From NCBI GenBank assembly GCA_964016885.1, contig OZ024744.1, positions 83,514,001-83,578,000 on the forward strand: a stretch of DNA of 64,000 bases. The letters are read 5' to 3'. Below are positions 46,548 to 61,386 of the stretch, piece after piece; the stretch's first letter is position 1; each line of letters starts with the position of its first letter. Below the pieces are notes generated by a model. The model was not told the DNA's origin. It worked only from the letters and a program-made list of their open reading frames with translations, and searched no databases. The translations under genes and the position numbers were made by a program. Source of the stretch: Eledone cirrhosa. Lineage: Eukaryota.

Positions 46548-46579
<32 letters not shown>

Positions 46580-46581
<2 letters not shown>

Positions 46582-46770
46582 GGGAACTGCCCATATACTA
46601 AGGAAGATTCTGTCAATATAAGTACATCTCAAGTCTAAACACCTGAAGATGCATGTGTGTGTGTGTATGTTCTCTTTTGAACATGGCGGACCTTGTTGTC
46701 TCTTGAGGTCACTGGTTGTGACTTGGTGATAACTCGTATGAACTTAAAGCAAGATAAATGAAAAAAAAAT
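46580..46770 (+). mobile_element. R4/Dong-like element extreme 3' end
   Basis: MGTAHILRKILSI* matches the conserved C-terminus of this clade; short 3' UTR followed by (TAA)-like repeats. Confidence 0.7.
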
Positions 46771-46811
46771 AATAGTAATAACGACAACAACAATAACAAC
46801 AATAACAATAA

Positions 46812-46970
46812 TAATTTTTCTACTCTTGGCACAAGGCCAGCAATTATCCAGTTCATTACTGGTACTTTATTTTATCGACCCCGTAAGGATGAAAGGCAAA
46901 GTTAACTTCGGCGGGATTTGAACTCAGAATGGCAAGGGCCATAACTCTATGCGTCAAATCATGGCGCCCG
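46812..46970 (-). mobile_element. Nin-domain-type SINE
   Basis: Core and B-box complement. Confidence 0.85.
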
Positions 46971-49147
46971 AATACACACAAATATTATAATTCAAGAATA
47001 TTACAACTCCCAATTTACATTCGTTGCAATGTAAAATGACACGTAGCATACTTTTAACATAATCATGCACGATACTATAAAACGAAAAACTGATATAACT
47101 TGATTGCTGATCTTTATCTAAACACACAAGTTACATTATATACAGGACTGAATTACTTCCCGTCACTAAACATACAGCATATATTAAAAATGAACGTTGC
47201 ACAACAAAATAACACAACTTACAATGCAATACTCTACATAACATACGAGCCATTAATGTGCACCAGAAACCTCATGCTATGGCTCCCAACAAAGCAAACT
47301 GGTTTAGTGTACAAACATAATTCCATATTCATACATTCTTAAAAGCCAATGCTGCACACATGGCTGGAATATAGACGTTGAATTAATGGTAACCTAAGGA
47401 AAATAAAATAGCAATAATAACAATAATAACAATAATAATAATGATAATAATAAATTTATTACCAGGACAGCTCATAAGTTTGCGCGTCTAACTAGAATTC
47501 GTAATATTTAAGGAATGCTATACACAGTAGACAAATGTGTGTTATATTCCACAAAAAGGTGGATCACCACTTAGGATCATTGAAGGAAAGCCACGGATTT
47601 CAGATTACACTGACTACCAAGAGCAAGTGCATTCGGCCTAGAGATGCATGTTTTGAGTAGGCCCGTTTACTGGGGTCATATTCACTACTCTCATTTATCT
47701 TTCAACAAGTTTATCTGATAGTAGCCCCTCTCTGTCCATCCTCATCTTCTCTCCAGTCATTTCAGGCACATCCCATGCAACCTTTTCCCCAAACAAAGGA
47801 AACATGACAGCTCTTCTCTTAACTATGTCGTACAGTTTTTACGGCGTATATGCTCCAACAATTGATCAGCGACAGGAATATATTCAATTAGATTCAAACC
47901 AGAATTTTGTTTTTAATATATTTGAAGTTATTAAGCTACACTTAGGTTTCAAATCTGTACGCTCAGCCATAGTCAATAATTTGCATAGCAACTGGTTTTG
48001 AATAAGTGACATGTCATTCAAGATAAAACCTATATGGAATCTCATTTCCCTCTATGTTTGATACCATATTTTTTATCTAGATTATTTTCCTAAAGTAGAG
48101 ATGATTTCGGTTTAAGAAGAGTACTAGCAATTAATGTTTTTCATCAGTATTATATAGCGATATTTGTTGAGAATTTCAAATAGCCATAAAATCAGACAAA
48201 CCCATAACAAAATTCCACTACGAGATTCCGTTAGTTTTCTTCATTTTTGTTTATTTGTAGATATATTGCTCATATATAATCCTAATTATATTATATAATA
48301 TTATATAATGCACATTGTATTTTATATAATATATTTTATATATAGGCATATGAGTTTTATATATGTATGAACGTATGTGTGACCGTGTATATGTGCCCCC
48401 ATGTATGTATTGAAAACTCATTCTACCGTTTTTTTGTCTGTATGTAAATATGTGTTTGAGTTTGTATATCTCTATATGCATATTTAAGTAATACGCGTAA
48501 GCATATTCGCCCGTGCGTTTGATTGAACGATTGAGTGTGTTGCATTAGTGTTTATTTATATATGTTAGTAAAAATGTTTAAACAATACTTCTGAATTAAA
48601 TTGACATAAAAATAAAATTGGTTGTAAGGTTCAGTCGATGCAAACGTAGATTATTCATCCACTAGTTTTGAATCTTCAGCTGATAACCATACTTCAGCTT
48701 TCCTTGAAGAAATATATTTACCTGATAATCTAACAATTATGTGAATTATGTATTCATGGTCTTCTTTCCTTGATCAATTTAATACATGAAGCTTCCTGAC
48801 AAAAATCTCCCACTTTTGACATTCGAACGACTAGAATATCTTCGTCTACCGAGGCTTGATATAAAAATATATGTATTCTGACATCGTGGAAATAGATTCA
48901 TGATACATTTTATAAATGACATATTGCATCACAAGTTGTCATAGAATTTAGAATATGGATCTTAATGAAGTAGTTTTGTTGGGGCAAAAATATTATTACT
49001 TTGTAATCCAAATCATAACAGCAGCAAATCAATGTAACTTACTCTTACGCGCTATGGTCTTTTATTTCGCTGGCTGCAATGGAATAATACTTTAAAATAA
49101 TACTATTTCTTCAGTTCTTGCCCATGTTGATGCTGTTGTGGTTGGTT

Positions 49148-49226
<79 letters not shown>

Positions 49227-49233
49227 CACCACC

Positions 49234-49330
<97 letters not shown>

Positions 49331-49537
49331 TCGCTGGTTTAATATACAAGAACATTTCAAATAAGAATTGCGATTGGTGCCACTGCTCCTGTTTATATTG
49401 TTGCCGCTTTGGGGTTTTACTGCTGCCGTTGTTGCTGATACTAATATTTCTGCTGTTAACAGTTACTAGTATTGCTGCTGTTGCTGTTACTATTTTCGCT
49501 ACATATTAGAATAATAATGGAGCTGCTGCTGCTGTCG

Positions 49538-49592
<55 letters not shown>

Positions 49593-49593
49593 A

Positions 49594-49625
<32 letters not shown>

Positions 49626-49632
49626 AACTACA

Positions 49633-49692
<60 letters not shown>

Positions 49693-49800
49693 GACAATCG
49701 CTATTGTTACTAATATTACTAGTGTTGTTTACGTTGTTGCGACACAACTAACTAGTAAACTAGTAGGATTACCACCATCACCACTACCACCTCAACATTA

Positions 49801-49908
49801 TTCAAATCCCGCCGAGGTTAACTTTGCCTTATCACCCTTATATGGGGGTCGATAAAATAGTAATACAATGGGGTAATTGCTGGCCTTGTACTAATATTAG
49901 AAACGATT
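49801..49908 (+). mobile_element. Nin-domain-type SINE, partial
   Basis: ttcaaatcccgccgaggttaactttgcc...ggggtcgataaaat. Confidence 0.8.
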
Positions 49909-49988
49909 ATTATTATCATTATCAACATCATCATCATCATCGTCATTATTATTATTATTATTACTATTATTACTATTATTATTATTAC

Positions 49989-50027
<39 letters not shown>

Positions 50028-50033
50028 TATTAC

Positions 50034-50086
<53 letters not shown>

Positions 50087-50210
50087 CAAATAATGATTTC
50101 TTTATTAGCCACACAGGGCTCACATTAAGGAAAACATTAATTTCGTATAATAATGATGACAACTCTATATTGTTAATTCTGCTGCTGCTGTTTCTACAAC
50201 CTACACCACC

Positions 50211-50288
<78 letters not shown>

Positions 50289-51113
50289 GATGTTATAGGA
50301 TTAACAATGTTATTGCTACTGCTCAGTTCCAAACAGAAACTATTGATAATTTGTTATAAGCTATATGGATATCGGAGATCACCTTTTCAGCGCCACACCC
50401 CACACCCTCGTCAGAGTTTTGTGTGTCATTCCATACAATTTTATTTACTAATAAACTGCAACATACCTGATGTATTGTGTCAACTGAATAAATATTGTCA
50501 TCAATAAATAAATAAATATTATCTCTCACTATTTGAAAAGTTTCCATATTGTGTCACTTTCCTCATCACTGATTCCCGACAGCAATGTATATCATCATTA
50601 ACAAATGAACTTGATTCATTGCTTGTATAGCAATGATCATTGGAAACATTTTTACGAAATCTTAAATTATCTCATAAATAATTATGATAATACTAAAGAA
50701 ATAAAAAAAAAAAACAACCTGGATATACTTTATTTCTTGAATAACCCGAAAAATATTGAAAAAATAACAAAGCAGAAAAAAAAAAAAAAATTGTGTGGAT
50801 GAAATTCAGCATCGTTGTTTCTGTCATGGAATTTCTTTTGGTAATCCTCATTGTTATCACCACCACGATTGCCGCCATCCTAATTATTATATCATTATTA
50901 AAATATTACCGTCATCATCATCATCTTCATAAATCAGCACTATTATCGTTACGATATACATAAACATCATTGTCAAAGTCATTGCTATCACCATCAACAG
51001 AACTATTGTCATATTAAAAATCATCTAGTGCATATTCATAAATGAAATCGAAAAATTCATCAACTTTTTTCTTCCTCTCTCCCTTTATCTCTCTCCCTCT
51101 CGCTCCCTCTCTC

Positions 51114-51170
<57 letters not shown>

Positions 51171-52074
51171 TACCTTTTACTTTCCTCTTTTTTCCATCCC
51201 TAAAGCTCCCCAAACCATCTTTTACTTCTTATTCTTATTATTACATAGTAGTTATTAACATGAAAATAATTCACTGCCTTTTTCGGAATATATTAAATAA
51301 AATGCACATTTAAGTTTAAGTCTTCATTTTAGTTTGAAAGCATTCTGTAAATTATAAAATAAAAATTAAAAAATGAAATAAAAATTGAGAAAAATTATCC
51401 ATAACTCTAACTCTAAAATGGTGTGTCCAAAAGCAAGTTTGTGGCTTGTCGTGGAACTTCTTGCTAATGGATCAAACATGTTTGAGTCTGAGAAATAATG
51501 TCGGTTGGAATAGATTAATTGAAATAAAGCTTCATAAACAACATTGAACAAGTCTTTTGTTTTATTTTATTTCTAATGTTTTAAAATGCAACAAATTTTG
51601 CTATGTGTTTACGTCGCAAAAATTGAACTCAGCAGTGTGCAGATGCACAACTAACAAAGTGATTTACTTAACCTACGAGAACAAGACACTAGCAAAGTGA
51701 TTAACTACAACACAGAATGTTTTGAAAAATAGAGACATGTTTGAAGATATAAAGTGTTTTTAATATTTTTAAGAATTTTTTTTTACCGATTTCTTTTATA
51801 AGTATGTGTGGAAATATAAATTTGTAATACGGTACTTCGAAATGAGTCGATAATGAGTTTAAGTTTCCTTCTACTCGTTTCACCAAGACAGTCAAATATT
51901 ATGGTGATACATGTAATTATTTCAAACGAAGGCCACAAGCATTAAATTTATGTGTCTGACAATGTAAGTCAACAATAACTCTTGTAAATGGTAACAATTT
52001 CGTTGTTTTTCTTAAAACGAATGATATAATATGAATACATTAATCACATTTATACATTCATTATATTTATAACA

Positions 52075-52280
52075 GTGGATTGGCAAAGAGCGGTGGATAG
52101 GCAGTATCGGTAGAGCGTCAGACAACATGCTTTGCAGCATAGAGTTATGGCCCTTTATATTCTGAGTTCAAATTCTTGCCGAGGTTAGCTCTGCCTTTCA
52201 TCCTAACGAGGTTGATAAAATAAGGCACCAATAATGCATTGTGATAATTGCTGGCCTTTTGCCAAAAGTAGAAGCAATTA
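52075..52280 (+). mobile_element. Nin-domain-type SINE, full length
   Basis: A box, B box and core. Confidence 0.85.
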
Positions 52281-52868
52281 TATTTGGAACAGAGAAATTT
52301 TAACAGTGAAAGTATTGACATATTTAAGCTGTTCATCTGCAAATATTACAAAAACATGTATTTGATTACATCAAGTTTTATTAATTAACATTCAGTACGA
52401 CACTAGGGTCAATTTACTTAAGTATACCAACACATCTTTGGTTCAGACTAATCTTGTGCAGACTAAACAAATGCAATACAGTCTTGCTAAATAATAACAA
52501 AACGGAAATTTTAACATACACCAATTATTCTGTTTATGTCACATAACATCAAATCAAAACATAATTTTAACATATCCACTTTACAAAATCCAGAATCCGA
52601 AGAAGACTGTTGTTAGTCTGTGTTGGCAAATTAACATACTACATTAGAAATATAACAGTTAATAGGACATAGCAAAGAAAAGGAAGCATCAAACATTCAG
52701 ACATGCGATCTTTATCAAGCTAGAGAAGAGAATTCTTTTTTAAAGATAGGGAGAACGTAAACGGTAATATACGTATATATATATATACTCATATGCACAC
52801 ATATTGCACACACATACGCACTTATGTGTATGTACACACACACACACACACGCACACCTACCCACACC

Positions 52869-52909
<41 letters not shown>

Positions 52910-53083
52910 GTAATAAACGAAAGATATACACTTTATATCATCTCTATTTATTTCATTATATATATTTCGAAGATGTATGTTCTCCTCGGACAAAATATAT
53001 AGAAAATGTCTAATTTTTTCCTGATATGCTGGGCTGGTAGACAAATGAACTGGACTGATCGTAGACAACCAGGCATATATATA

Positions 53084-53130
53084 TAGCCGTCGAAACGACT
53101 TGAGCTCTGCCGTCGGGGTCATACTTGTTC

Positions 53131-53133
<3 letters not shown>
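53084..53133. mobile_element. Family B half copy
   Basis: agccgtcgaaacgacttgagctctgccgtcggggtcatacttgttcc between TA runs. Confidence 0.75.
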
Positions 53134-53186
<53 letters not shown>

Positions 53187-53686
53187 ACAGGGAGAAAGAG
53201 ACGATTATTAGGAAGAAAGATTTTTTTTTTTCCTTTTTTATTTATTTCTCTCTTTTTTCTGGGTTAGAAAATGATTAAAACGAAATGTTTTACTTTGTGT
53301 GAAGTGTTAAGGTATTAGTTGATTTATTTATTAATTAACAATGGCATTTATTTATTTATTTATATATTTAATAATTGTCTATTACCGGTTTCAGCATTTT
53401 TATGCATTATCAAATGATAGTGACATGTATTGGTGTAGAATGGTGGTGTTGCACATGTTAAATAAATGGTGCAGAAAGAATAATGATATTTACAAACAAG
53501 GTTTATGAAGTGAAAAGAAAAAAGAAAAAAGAAAAAAGAAAAAAGAAAAAAGAAAAAAGAAAAAAGGAGAGTAATGTAGAGCATAAAAAGGCAACGTGAA
53601 AGAAAAAATAATGTTATTTACAGGCATAGTTCTTGAAGTTAAGCAAATCAAAATGTGTTAATATAGCAAGGGTGCTTAGTTGATCC

Positions 53687-53857
<171 letters not shown>

Positions 53858-55865
53858 ATAAGTTGGTACTTATAATATGTAATATCTATCAGAGAAGAGA
53901 GGAGAATGACGTACGACTACAGATGTGTTGGAAACATACTTTGTTATACACAAATAACATAACAAAAACAACAAAAATGAAACAGGCAACAGCAGGTAGA
54001 TGTTGACAGGAATGTATGAGACGGTATGTTACACACCAAAAGATAAGAGGTACAAAAGGATGGTGGATATTGTGTGTGATAATAAGTAAAAGAACTGCTG
54101 AACAGAAGGTCGCATAGGTTGCGGTCATGTTAAAAAGGGAGATATGGTTCCGAAAAAAATTGGAGGCAATAGTACGACCGAAAAAGGAAAATTGGACCGA
54201 AAAAGGAAAATAGATCTGAGTAAAACCAGTGTCCAAATTTTTCGGTTAATTTGAGCATATTTCCGAATAATTTGGGCACCATTCAGAATAGTGTATATCC
54301 ACTTGAAGCATTCACTGATACACAAATATTTAACGTTTCCCATTACGGAAATTTTGAGGAAACCACTAATGCTGTAACCCGAATCAATGTATGTGCAGTT
54401 TACCAACAAGGAAATCCACAGTAATTGGCAGGCACTGAAGGCAAACGTCTCTGGAAAACGTCTACATGCATCATCGAGATGACTATCAATTCGGTATTGA
54501 GAGTTGTAGGAAGTTATTTGAGGGAGTGTTGAAAACTAAAAGACACTTTGTTCTACTACCACAGTTCTGTTATGCATTCCAACTAAAGTGGAAACAAGAA
54601 GAGAATGAATACCTTTTCTATCGTGGTTCATGAGCTATACCATCTCGGTTGAGAGTATACCAAAGCGAAAATAAATCACAATATATCTATGATAGGAGAT
54701 GAAGTTTAGAATTGTAGGAGAGGTGATTCCAATGAACAAAACAGACAATTATGGGTATTCACCGTTACGCAAGTCTTTATTGATGCTTGTGTGCATAATG
54801 AGATTGAAACAAGTTAAAATAATGATTATCTGTGATTGGCAACAAGGCTTCATGGACAACGTCCTCATCTGATCCATTTACGAGTCTACTATGACTTTTT
54901 TTTAAGTACATGAATGAGTGAGGAGAAACGGAAGGTGGGCTAGACAATTACAATAGGGAATGACTTCATCTTCCTCCAATCTTTACAGGAATGGAATTGT
55001 GATATATAGTGCTACTACAAAACTACAGATACATTTAACATCGCCTGTGGAGAAAGTTATTGTTGCAAAAGCCGTAAACATATGTTAATACGAGTTTCAA
55101 TCGATTCGATTGTTCGTGTGGCATGAGCAATAATGTTGACAGAAAAAAATAAAGCAGAATAAAACTGAGGAGGCAGAGACGTTCTAATAAACGAAAGTGA
55201 AAATAAGAAGAAAAATGGCTAAACAAAATAGTATATTCGATATCTTACGACCTGGCGTTTTACTTCCATATTTGATACGTTGGGTTAAATCTAATGAAAA
55301 TTCGTCTACGTTTCCGTAATTGTAATCACGTCGAATAAAGTGAAGATGGGCTTTAGTAAAGGTTCGAAAGCGACTATCACTGTAAATCTTCAAGGAAAAA
55401 ATAAAAACATTCATTGATCTCAAAACGTTATTCTTACTGACTACTTAGGTAGGAATCACATGATGAATATTTCTGTCAAAGTGACGCCGCTTTCTTGATT
55501 AACTGAAAGTTTTACAGATTTCTCTTTACGGCTTTGATCTCAATATACTACACAGTCTAATAGAGAACGTGGTAGTAAACATATAGTGTACGGTGTTATG
55601 TAAAACGGAATCAAATACATTCCCTTCAAATTTTCTCCTCCTTTCATTCCTTCACATTTTCACAAGGAGTCATATTTATGATACTATCTCCAACTCTATC
55701 AGAACAAGTTACGTAGTTTTAATATTCAGAAATAGTTTATATTTGATTAATTAAATTACCCTCTCTCTTAAAAAGCTTTACGGCTAAACTAAAATAGTGA
55801 AAATCAATTAACTTTATGGCCAATATTTCTTCAATATCTATTGCTAGACTATTGTCAAATAAGAA

Positions 55866-57858
55866 TACGAAGGTTGGCTGACTAAGATACTCTCATCGGA
55901 TGACTAAATGGGGTTTATTTTTCAACATAGACCCTGGAAACGCTAAGCCCTGTTCAGCTCGGAGTGTAATCAATTGCGGATGTGAGGCTGTAGCTCATGC
56001 GGGTAGACATTTCATAGAGCACGGGCCTCCTTCGTTACCTCACCTCCTTGTGAAACTGGACATGAAACATGCCTTCATTAGCGTTGGGCAGAATCACGAC
56101 TGAGAATCGTGTTTTAGGCGGGACCATTCAATTTTCCCTCTAGCTTACCTCATGTACGGAAGACCCAGCATACTCATGGCCGCTGACAACATGCTTACTT
56201 CCGCTGCAAGTGTCCAACAAGAAGACCCACTCAGGCCACTCCTCTTTGGGCTGGCAGTCGGCAATGTTGCCCGCTCTTCCCAGTCGAACTTCAACGTTTG
56301 GTACCTGGACGACGCGACCCTGGGTGGCTCGGCTGAGACGGTAGTTGAGGACCTTCGGCAAATGATCCGAGCTCTAAACCTCCAAGGACTTGAGATTACC
56401 CCATCCAGGTCTGAAGTGAGAAACGTTAGCTACGGTAAGGCTGAATTCCACGACACCGTACTCAGCATCTTTCCCGTCTCCGGGGTTCGGCTAACGCCCA
56501 AGGACGCCAGCTGCATTCTCAGCAGCTCTCCAATTCTCTTGAAAGCCATACGAGAGTGCATGGAGAACAAACACGAAGACCTGTCGCGAATGGCAGAGAA
56601 GCTGCGCCTCATTGACGCTCAGTCGGTGCCCTTGAGGAAGTGCTTCACTCTTCCAAAATTTCCGTTCACACTACATGGTGCACATTGTCACCCCCACGCA
56701 TATTACCTCAGTGAACTCATCTGCAATGTCAGTTTCGACACCGCCGGCTGGCAACATGGGAAGCTCCCAGTAAGGCCTCCGATCCGCTTCGGATTTAGCA
56801 CTACATGCCTAAATCACCCCAATCTCTTCCATTCACACCCTCGTACGTGAAGGCCTCAGCAAGGTAGCATAATCAATAACGTGTTCCCAGAAGGTGAGCA
56901 GGCCCTGGCCGACTGGATAGGCAAAGGCCTCTCTATCTCCCAGTATACAAATGTCCAGCCTAAACGAGACGACATCAAGTGGTCGTCTTCCTTCAGGGGG
57001 ATCGTGTCTGACATGAATCAACACCACTTCGCCTGCCTCCGCTTCGCTTCTAAACCAAACAGCGATGCGTGGCTCAACTTAGGGTCCTCCTCATCAGCCG
57101 GTACCCTTCTTAATGACGAGTGAACTCGCATCGGAGTGGCCCAACACCTCGGCCTCTGCGTTCGTGAAACACACAAATGCTGCTGTGGGGCTGTTGTTGA
57201 CGGCGTTGGTCTGCCGCTACTGTTATGCTACCGGAGCGCAGGCCGGTTCTTCTGACATGGCGCTCTTAACAACATATTGAGAATGAGCCTGGATGCACAT
57301 GCTTCTCATAACAACTGGAGCCAGCAGGCCTCAACTGCGGAGACGACAAGCGCCTCGATGTAATTACCCTCTTCACATTCGAAGGAGGTAAATACCTTGG
57401 TGTGATATGTACTCCGCCTCCAACTTAGTATTTTCAGCCACAAACCCGTGTACTGCGGCCCGCCATGCAGAGGAAAGGAAGACAAGCAAATACCGGGGAT
57501 TGTCCGGCCGTTTCTTCGCACCGTTCACCATCGAGATCTCAGGCGCCCACGGACCCCATACTGCTGATCTCCAACGTACCCGTCTGAGCTCCAGCAACCC
57601 ATCTGAGGGAGGAGATAAGCGAGGTGGGTGGCTGTTGCATCGAGTGTCGGTGACCATTTTTCTTTACTATTTTTTTCCTTTCATATTTCCATCAATATTT
57701 GCAATGTTATTTATACAACTGTTTAATTGATTTATTATCTGTAATTTTCGTAAATGAATTTATGAATAAGAAGAGTTGAAATTAATACATGCACAATTTG
57801 ACAGCTCTAGCATCAATTCTTCATAGTCAACCTATGAGCTTTTCAGCTGACCCTCGTA
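55866..57858. mobile_element. Mariner-type MITE split by a LINE insertion
   Basis: 55866-55938 and 57765-57858 match the left and right halves of 19039-19254; an extra right TIR at 57893-57926. Confidence 0.7.
55940..57760 (+). mobile_element. CRE-clade-like non-LTR retrotransposon (RT plus zinc knuckle plus REL endonuclease), degenerate, 5'-truncated
   Basis: GCEAVAHAGRHF, VKLDMKHAF, VQQEDPLRPLLF, NVWYLDDATLGG, then C.CGAVVDGVG...SAGRF.*HGALN and LEPAG...DDKRLD motifs across frameshifts. Confidence 0.85.
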
Positions 57859-58039
57859 TTTTCTTCAATTGATCGTTTCAAAAGAATTTCTCAGTCAGCC
57901 TATGACCTTTTCAGCCGACCTTCGTATCTTTGTATATTTTTATTCAAAATTGTATATGTAGATAGATTCAATTACATTATATGGATCGAAATGGAGGGAT
58001 AAACCGGATTAGCTTCAAACCAGTGTCCATAGCAAAGGT

Positions 58040-58400
58040 TCATAGTTTAGTGGTTATAACATTGGACTTGCAATTGAGAGGTTGTGAGATCGATTCTCAG
58101 ACCGGGTGATGCGTTGTGTCATTGAGCAAGACACTTTATTTCACATTGCTCCAGTTTACTCAGCTGTAGAAATGAGTTCTGACGTCACTGGTGCCAAGAT
58201 GTATCTGTCATAGCCTTTCCCATGGACATCATCGGTGGCGTGGAGAGGGGAGATTGGTATACATGGGCGACTACTGGTCTTCCTCAAACAACCTTGCCCG
58301 GACTTGTGCTTCGGAGGAAAACTTTCTAGGTGCAAAACCATGGTCATTCGTGGCCGAGTGCGGCCTTCTTCAGTGTCCATGGAAATACCTCAGATAAACC
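58040..58400 (+). mobile_element. tRNA-derived SINE, second family
   Basis: Head tagtggtta...gagatcgattc; centre gtgtcattgagcaagacactt; cactcagctg-like motif. Confidence 0.75.
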
Positions 58401-59069
58401 CATTATTACTAACGACTTAAACTGTGTACGTCTATTTGCATACATTATGGATTTTTTGACAATAACTTTGGTTAGTGACTTACTGGTATATTTACAGTCT
58501 TGTTTGAACGCTATACTCTCCTACATACTACAACAATAGATTTTAATCGGCGATTTATGTAATAAACAGATATAAACACTTTCTCTCTTAATACAATGTA
58601 TCATCCGGACAAGTTTTAGTCTTGTCTTGTGATTTCACCAGCAATTTTAAGTGCTCTTGTTAATTGTAAATGAAGACACAACCAATAAACCCGCAATAAC
58701 TAGTGCCTTACATAAATCGCATACATCGATTTGCATATATAGCGCATTTAATTGGTGGAAGGGGCAATTAGTTCACTTAGTAGATTACTAATTATTTAAC
58801 AATATTTCAGTGCTGAATCATATTACAGAATATATCTATGGATTTTTATGCCCAAACAATATCGATACACAGATTTATATGGAATAGCTATGGATGCAGA
58901 CACGGTTGAGTGGGTACGAAGTTTCCATTGCAATCATGACGTCCCGGGCTCGTTTTGACTGCGTGAAATCTTGGATAAGTCACTCTACCATAGCCTTGGG
59001 TCAACTCAAAAAATGTGGGTAAAATGAGGGTAGGAATGGACTCAATAATTCAAAACATGTTCCAACCAT

Positions 59070-59128
<59 letters not shown>

Positions 59129-59186
59129 TACGTAATTCCAAAGAAGAAGCAAAGGAAAAAAATGTTCTGTGTATACAACTAAGCAA

Positions 59187-59254
<68 letters not shown>

Positions 59255-59257
<3 letters not shown>

Positions 59258-61369
59258 GGTATTGAAGTTTGCTTGAAGCATTGTGGAATAATAAGGTCAA
59301 TTTCTTTAAGTCGTTTGGAAGCCTCGACAATGCAGATGGGTAAATCTCCGGCTAACAAGATCCGGTGGTGGAGAGAGAGATGTAAGTGGGTGTACGTTGA
59401 GATGCGTGGCGTGTAGAAGACTGTAGCGTGTAGAAGAATGTAGGAAAGAGCGTAAAGGATAAAAATAAAAATAAAAGCACGAGATAGAGTTACCTTGGGA
59501 GAGATTTAATTGTCCCTATATATTTTGGATTCACATCCATCAACTGAGGTTTTTTCCAGTGTGTGTTTGGGGGGGGGGGATTGTCTGTCGGAAAGGAGCG
59601 AAACGTGTCCTCCGCTGTTCGATGTTTTGAATATCTGAGGTATTCAGCAGAGCGCGCGGCGCGTGAAATGGGGTCGGTCAAACAGTGGTCAGCGGCCGAA
59701 ATAGTTCTTTCAATTGTGGGAGTGGAGTGGCGCTAGCTGTCAGTCCATAGTACTCTCTGCCTGTTTGGTGAATGTTACTGTGTGTGTGTGTGTGTGTGTT
59801 CGTGTGTGTGTTGTTGTCTCGCTTGAGTGCGTGTGTGGCATGGCGAACAGAATATATGAGACGTTCAACAACACGGACGAGAATATTGACTTCAGTGTTG
59901 AACACCCCACCGACGACGGATCATTTGCCTGCTCGACTTCCGAATCAACATCACGGAACAGGGAGGGATCCACTGCAACTTCTATCGAAAGGAAGCCTGC
60001 ATGGACCTGTTCGTCCACTACAAGTCCGCCCTCCCTAACAGTGCCAAAAGAGGATACATCACGAACGAGATCGCGCGAATCAAAAACAGATGCAGCGATC
60101 CCGCGAGTGGTGTCACTCATACCAAGCGATTCCTAGAGGTGCTGGAGACGAACGGGTACCCTACCTCGCTCACAGACAGAGTAGGAGACACCAGATACAA
60201 GAGACAGAGAGACACCCAAGGCAGGTGCTTCCTTAAAAGGCCACACCTGGGCGAGAATACTACCAACGCTATCCGCAAGGCTATACGGAGGGAGGGCCTC
60301 GACATCGCACCTGGCCCACTCGGCCCCTCCCTGCGAAGATGCCTCTCCAGAAAACCCGGGAAATCAACTGACGCGTGCTCCCTCAGAGACTGCCCGATGT
60401 GCCATGCGAACTGTTGCCTACGCACATACGTCGTGTATCAGATAGAATGTAACAAGTGCAACCATTACTATATAGGTAGCACAATCCGGCCGCTGCACAT
60501 CCGGATCAAGGAGCACACTAACCCCAGGGCCTTGTCTTTCCGGAAACACATAGCCAAATGCGGAAACAAAGACGTCAGGCCCAGTGTAACAATTCTAGCG
60601 ACAGAAAGAAACTTCGGCACATTACGTATCAAAGAAGCACTTTGGTTCAAACGCCTAGCGCCACAATTAAACAACCGATCCGAGAGAAGTGGTGATTGGT
60701 TTAAGTTAACAGACGATGCAGCAACACACGCACACACGCACACACAAGCGAGACAGCAACACACACACACACACAGTAGCATTCCGCCATACGAATATAC
60801 TACACTGCCAACACAGAGGAACAAGGCAACAACACACGCACAAACACACACACTCAAGCGAGACAACAACACACACACGCACACACATACACACAGTAAC
60901 ATTCACCAAACAAGCAGAGAATACTTGGACTGACAGCTAGCGCCACCCCACTCCCACAATTGAAAGAACTACTTCGGCCGCTGACCTCTGCTTGACCGAC
61001 CCCATTTCACGCGCATGCGCGCTCTACTGAATACCTCAGATATTCCAAACAACGAACAGCGGAGGACACGTTTCGCACCTTTCCTATAGACCCCCCCCCC
61101 ACGGAAAAAACCTCAATTGATGGATGTGAATCCGAAATATATAGGGACAATTAAATCTCTCCCAACGTAACTCTATCTCGTGTTTTTATTTTTATTTTTA
61201 TCCTTTACGCTCTTTCCTACATTCTTCTACACGCTACAGTCTTCTACACGCCATACATCTCAACGTACACCCACTTACATCTCTCTCTCCACCACCGGAT
61301 CTTGTTAGCCGGAGATTTACCCATCTGCATTGTCGAGGCTTCCAAACGACTTAAAGAAATTTACCTTAT
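59255..61369 (+). mobile_element. 5'-truncated Penelope-like retroelement with long inverted pseudo-LTRs
   Basis: Inverted repeats 59291-59836 and 60844-61369; coding 59840-60720; extra 36-nt tail at 59255-59290; (TA)n on both sides. Confidence 0.92.
59840..60933 (+). pseudogene. Penelope RT C-terminus/thumb plus GIY-YIG endonuclease (truncated, one frameshift near 59927)
   Basis: FNNTDENIDFSVEH/LLDFRI..FYRK..VHYKSALP..NGYP..VVYQIECNKCNHYYIGSTIRPLHIRIKEH..LRIKEALWFKRLAPQLN. Confidence 0.92.
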
Positions 61370-61386
61370 ATATATATATATATATA

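Noticed and set aside
53880-55450. Possible degenerate DNA-transposon coding region
   Set aside because: Non-repetitive, but I could not support any motif or terminal repeat by eye
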